This document shows, one piece after another, positions 37,062 to 37,925 of a stretch of 37,925 bases of DNA (positions within the stretch are counted from its first letter, which is position 1; each line of letters starts with the position of its first letter). A model generated the notes under the pieces. That model ran no database searches. It was given only the letters and a program-made list of their open reading frames with translations, and had not been told where the DNA came from. Source of the DNA: an uncultured delta proteobacterium (GTDB taxonomy: Bacteria; Desulfobacterota; Syntrophia; Syntrophales; UBA2192); NCBI GenBank assembly GCA_963705165.1, contig CAVPJD010000023.1, positions 1 through 37,925 on the forward strand, given 5' to 3'. Made by a program: the position numbers and the translations under genes.

Positions 37062-37115
37062 AAAAGTTACATTTTCGAACTATGCAACAGGGAGAAGTAC
37101 GAAAGTGTAACTTTT
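37062..37115. promoter_or_regulatory. Inverted pair of putative activator sites
   Basis: AAAAGTTACATTTT (37062-37075) and AAAGTGTAACTTTT (37102-37115), 13/14 complementary. Confidence 0.5.
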
Positions 37116-37190
37116 TCACGAAGGCCTTCATTTCCCACAATATATTAATCCAACATTACAATGACTTACAAAATCGCACGCTTTCATCCA

Positions 37191-37206
37191 GGGCACGCCT
37201 TTTGCT
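37191..37206 (+). promoter_or_regulatory. Sigma54 (-24/-12) promoter
   Basis: GGGCACGCCTTTTGCT = GG-N10-GC. Confidence 0.7.
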
Positions 37207-37271
37207 CACTCCTCTTTACAGGGGCAGCGGGATCTTTTCCGCTGACCACCCTGAAAGGAGGGATGAGGCGC

Positions 37272-37658
37272 ATGTTGATCCGATTGGCTGATACAAGCTG
37301 GGGGCCGCAGTTTTTTGTCCCGACCATTTCGATCAAGCACTACTCCGGGCGCGTGCTTCTGAGAGAAAGTCTGGATGACGATCTGCTGAAAAAGGAACTG
37401 GAGGCGATGAACATCGAAGGGCGCCCCGTCGGTTTCACCAACGCCTGGTACATCCGGAAGAAAGGGACGCAGACGTGGATCAAGGTCGGAGAGTCGACGG
37501 CGCGGGAACACGATTTCGGCATTCGCCTGGACACGACGGAGCTCGAAAACGGAGCCTACCAGGTCCTCGGGTTCATGAGCGCGAAAGTCAAGACCGATGA
37601 CATGAAGGAGATCATCGTCTCGAGGCAGAACATCGCGGATTTTGAAATCAGGAATTGA
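37272..37658 (+). CDS. Hypothetical protein (128 aa)
   Basis: AAGGAGG RBS, genome-like codon usage, downstream of a sigma54 promoter; alternative start 37263. Confidence 0.75.
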   Translation: MLIRLADTSWGPQFFVPTISIKHYSGRVLLRESLDDDLLKKELEAMNIEGRPVGFTNAWYIRKKGTQTWIKVGESTAREHDFGIRLDTTELENGAYQVLGFMSAKVKTDDMKEIIVSRQNIADFEIRN

Positions 37659-37668
37659 ACTGCGACGG

Positions 37669-37925
37669 GTCTATCCGGTCTGTCCGTCTATCAAAGATGG
37701 TCTATTCAGTCTGTCCGGTCTATCCCGTCTATTCCGTCAGGAGGAAAAGACTATTAACTCGCTCGGTCTGTCTGGTCATTGCTAGAAACGCAGTGACGAA
37801 TCAATCTTCGTTATAAGAATCTACGCGAGGATCTCAAACGTGGATCGCCACACCTCACGAGGCTCGGCTCGCGATGACCGTCTTTCTTATGTCTTCACTC
37901 AGACACTTAGACACTCAAACACTCA
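37669..37925. repeat. Composite repeat block, inverted copy of 32865-33059 (9-bp arm, REP-like 37775-37878, octamer arm); runs off the window end
   Basis: Reverse complement reads gtctgagtgaag..gtcatcgcgagccgagcctcgtgaggtgtggcgatccacg..ctagcaatgac..gacgggatagaccggaca. Confidence 0.85.

Overview
GC-rich (about 60%) chromosomal segment, probably from an anaerobic Desulfobacterota/Syntrophales-like bacterium (inferred from gene content). Housekeeping genes: pyrK-pyrD, rimI, mannose-type PTS IIA/B/C, cmk-rpsA-sppA-ihfB, dinB, hpf-CSD and tRNA-Cys/Gly/Val. It also carries a large multi-PAS histidine kinase with a sigma54-dependent response regulator and two paralogous AmmeMemoRadiSam radical SAM genes. 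One paralog has a Tat-like leader and lies next to an AmrB-AmrA fusion and a membrane spermidine-synthase-like gene. The most striking signal is non-coding. About 20 intergenic gaps hold cassettes of 7-, 8- or 9-bp tandem repeats, often two imperfectly inverted arms around a short spacer, from roughly 10 unit families, and sometimes stacked with REP-like palindromes. No transposase, nuclease or RT gene is present in the window. Also seen: three sigma54 promoters (two share a palindromic UAS motif and geometry) and a small Cys-rich stand-alone sigma70-region-4 protein. All calls are by eye, without database searches.
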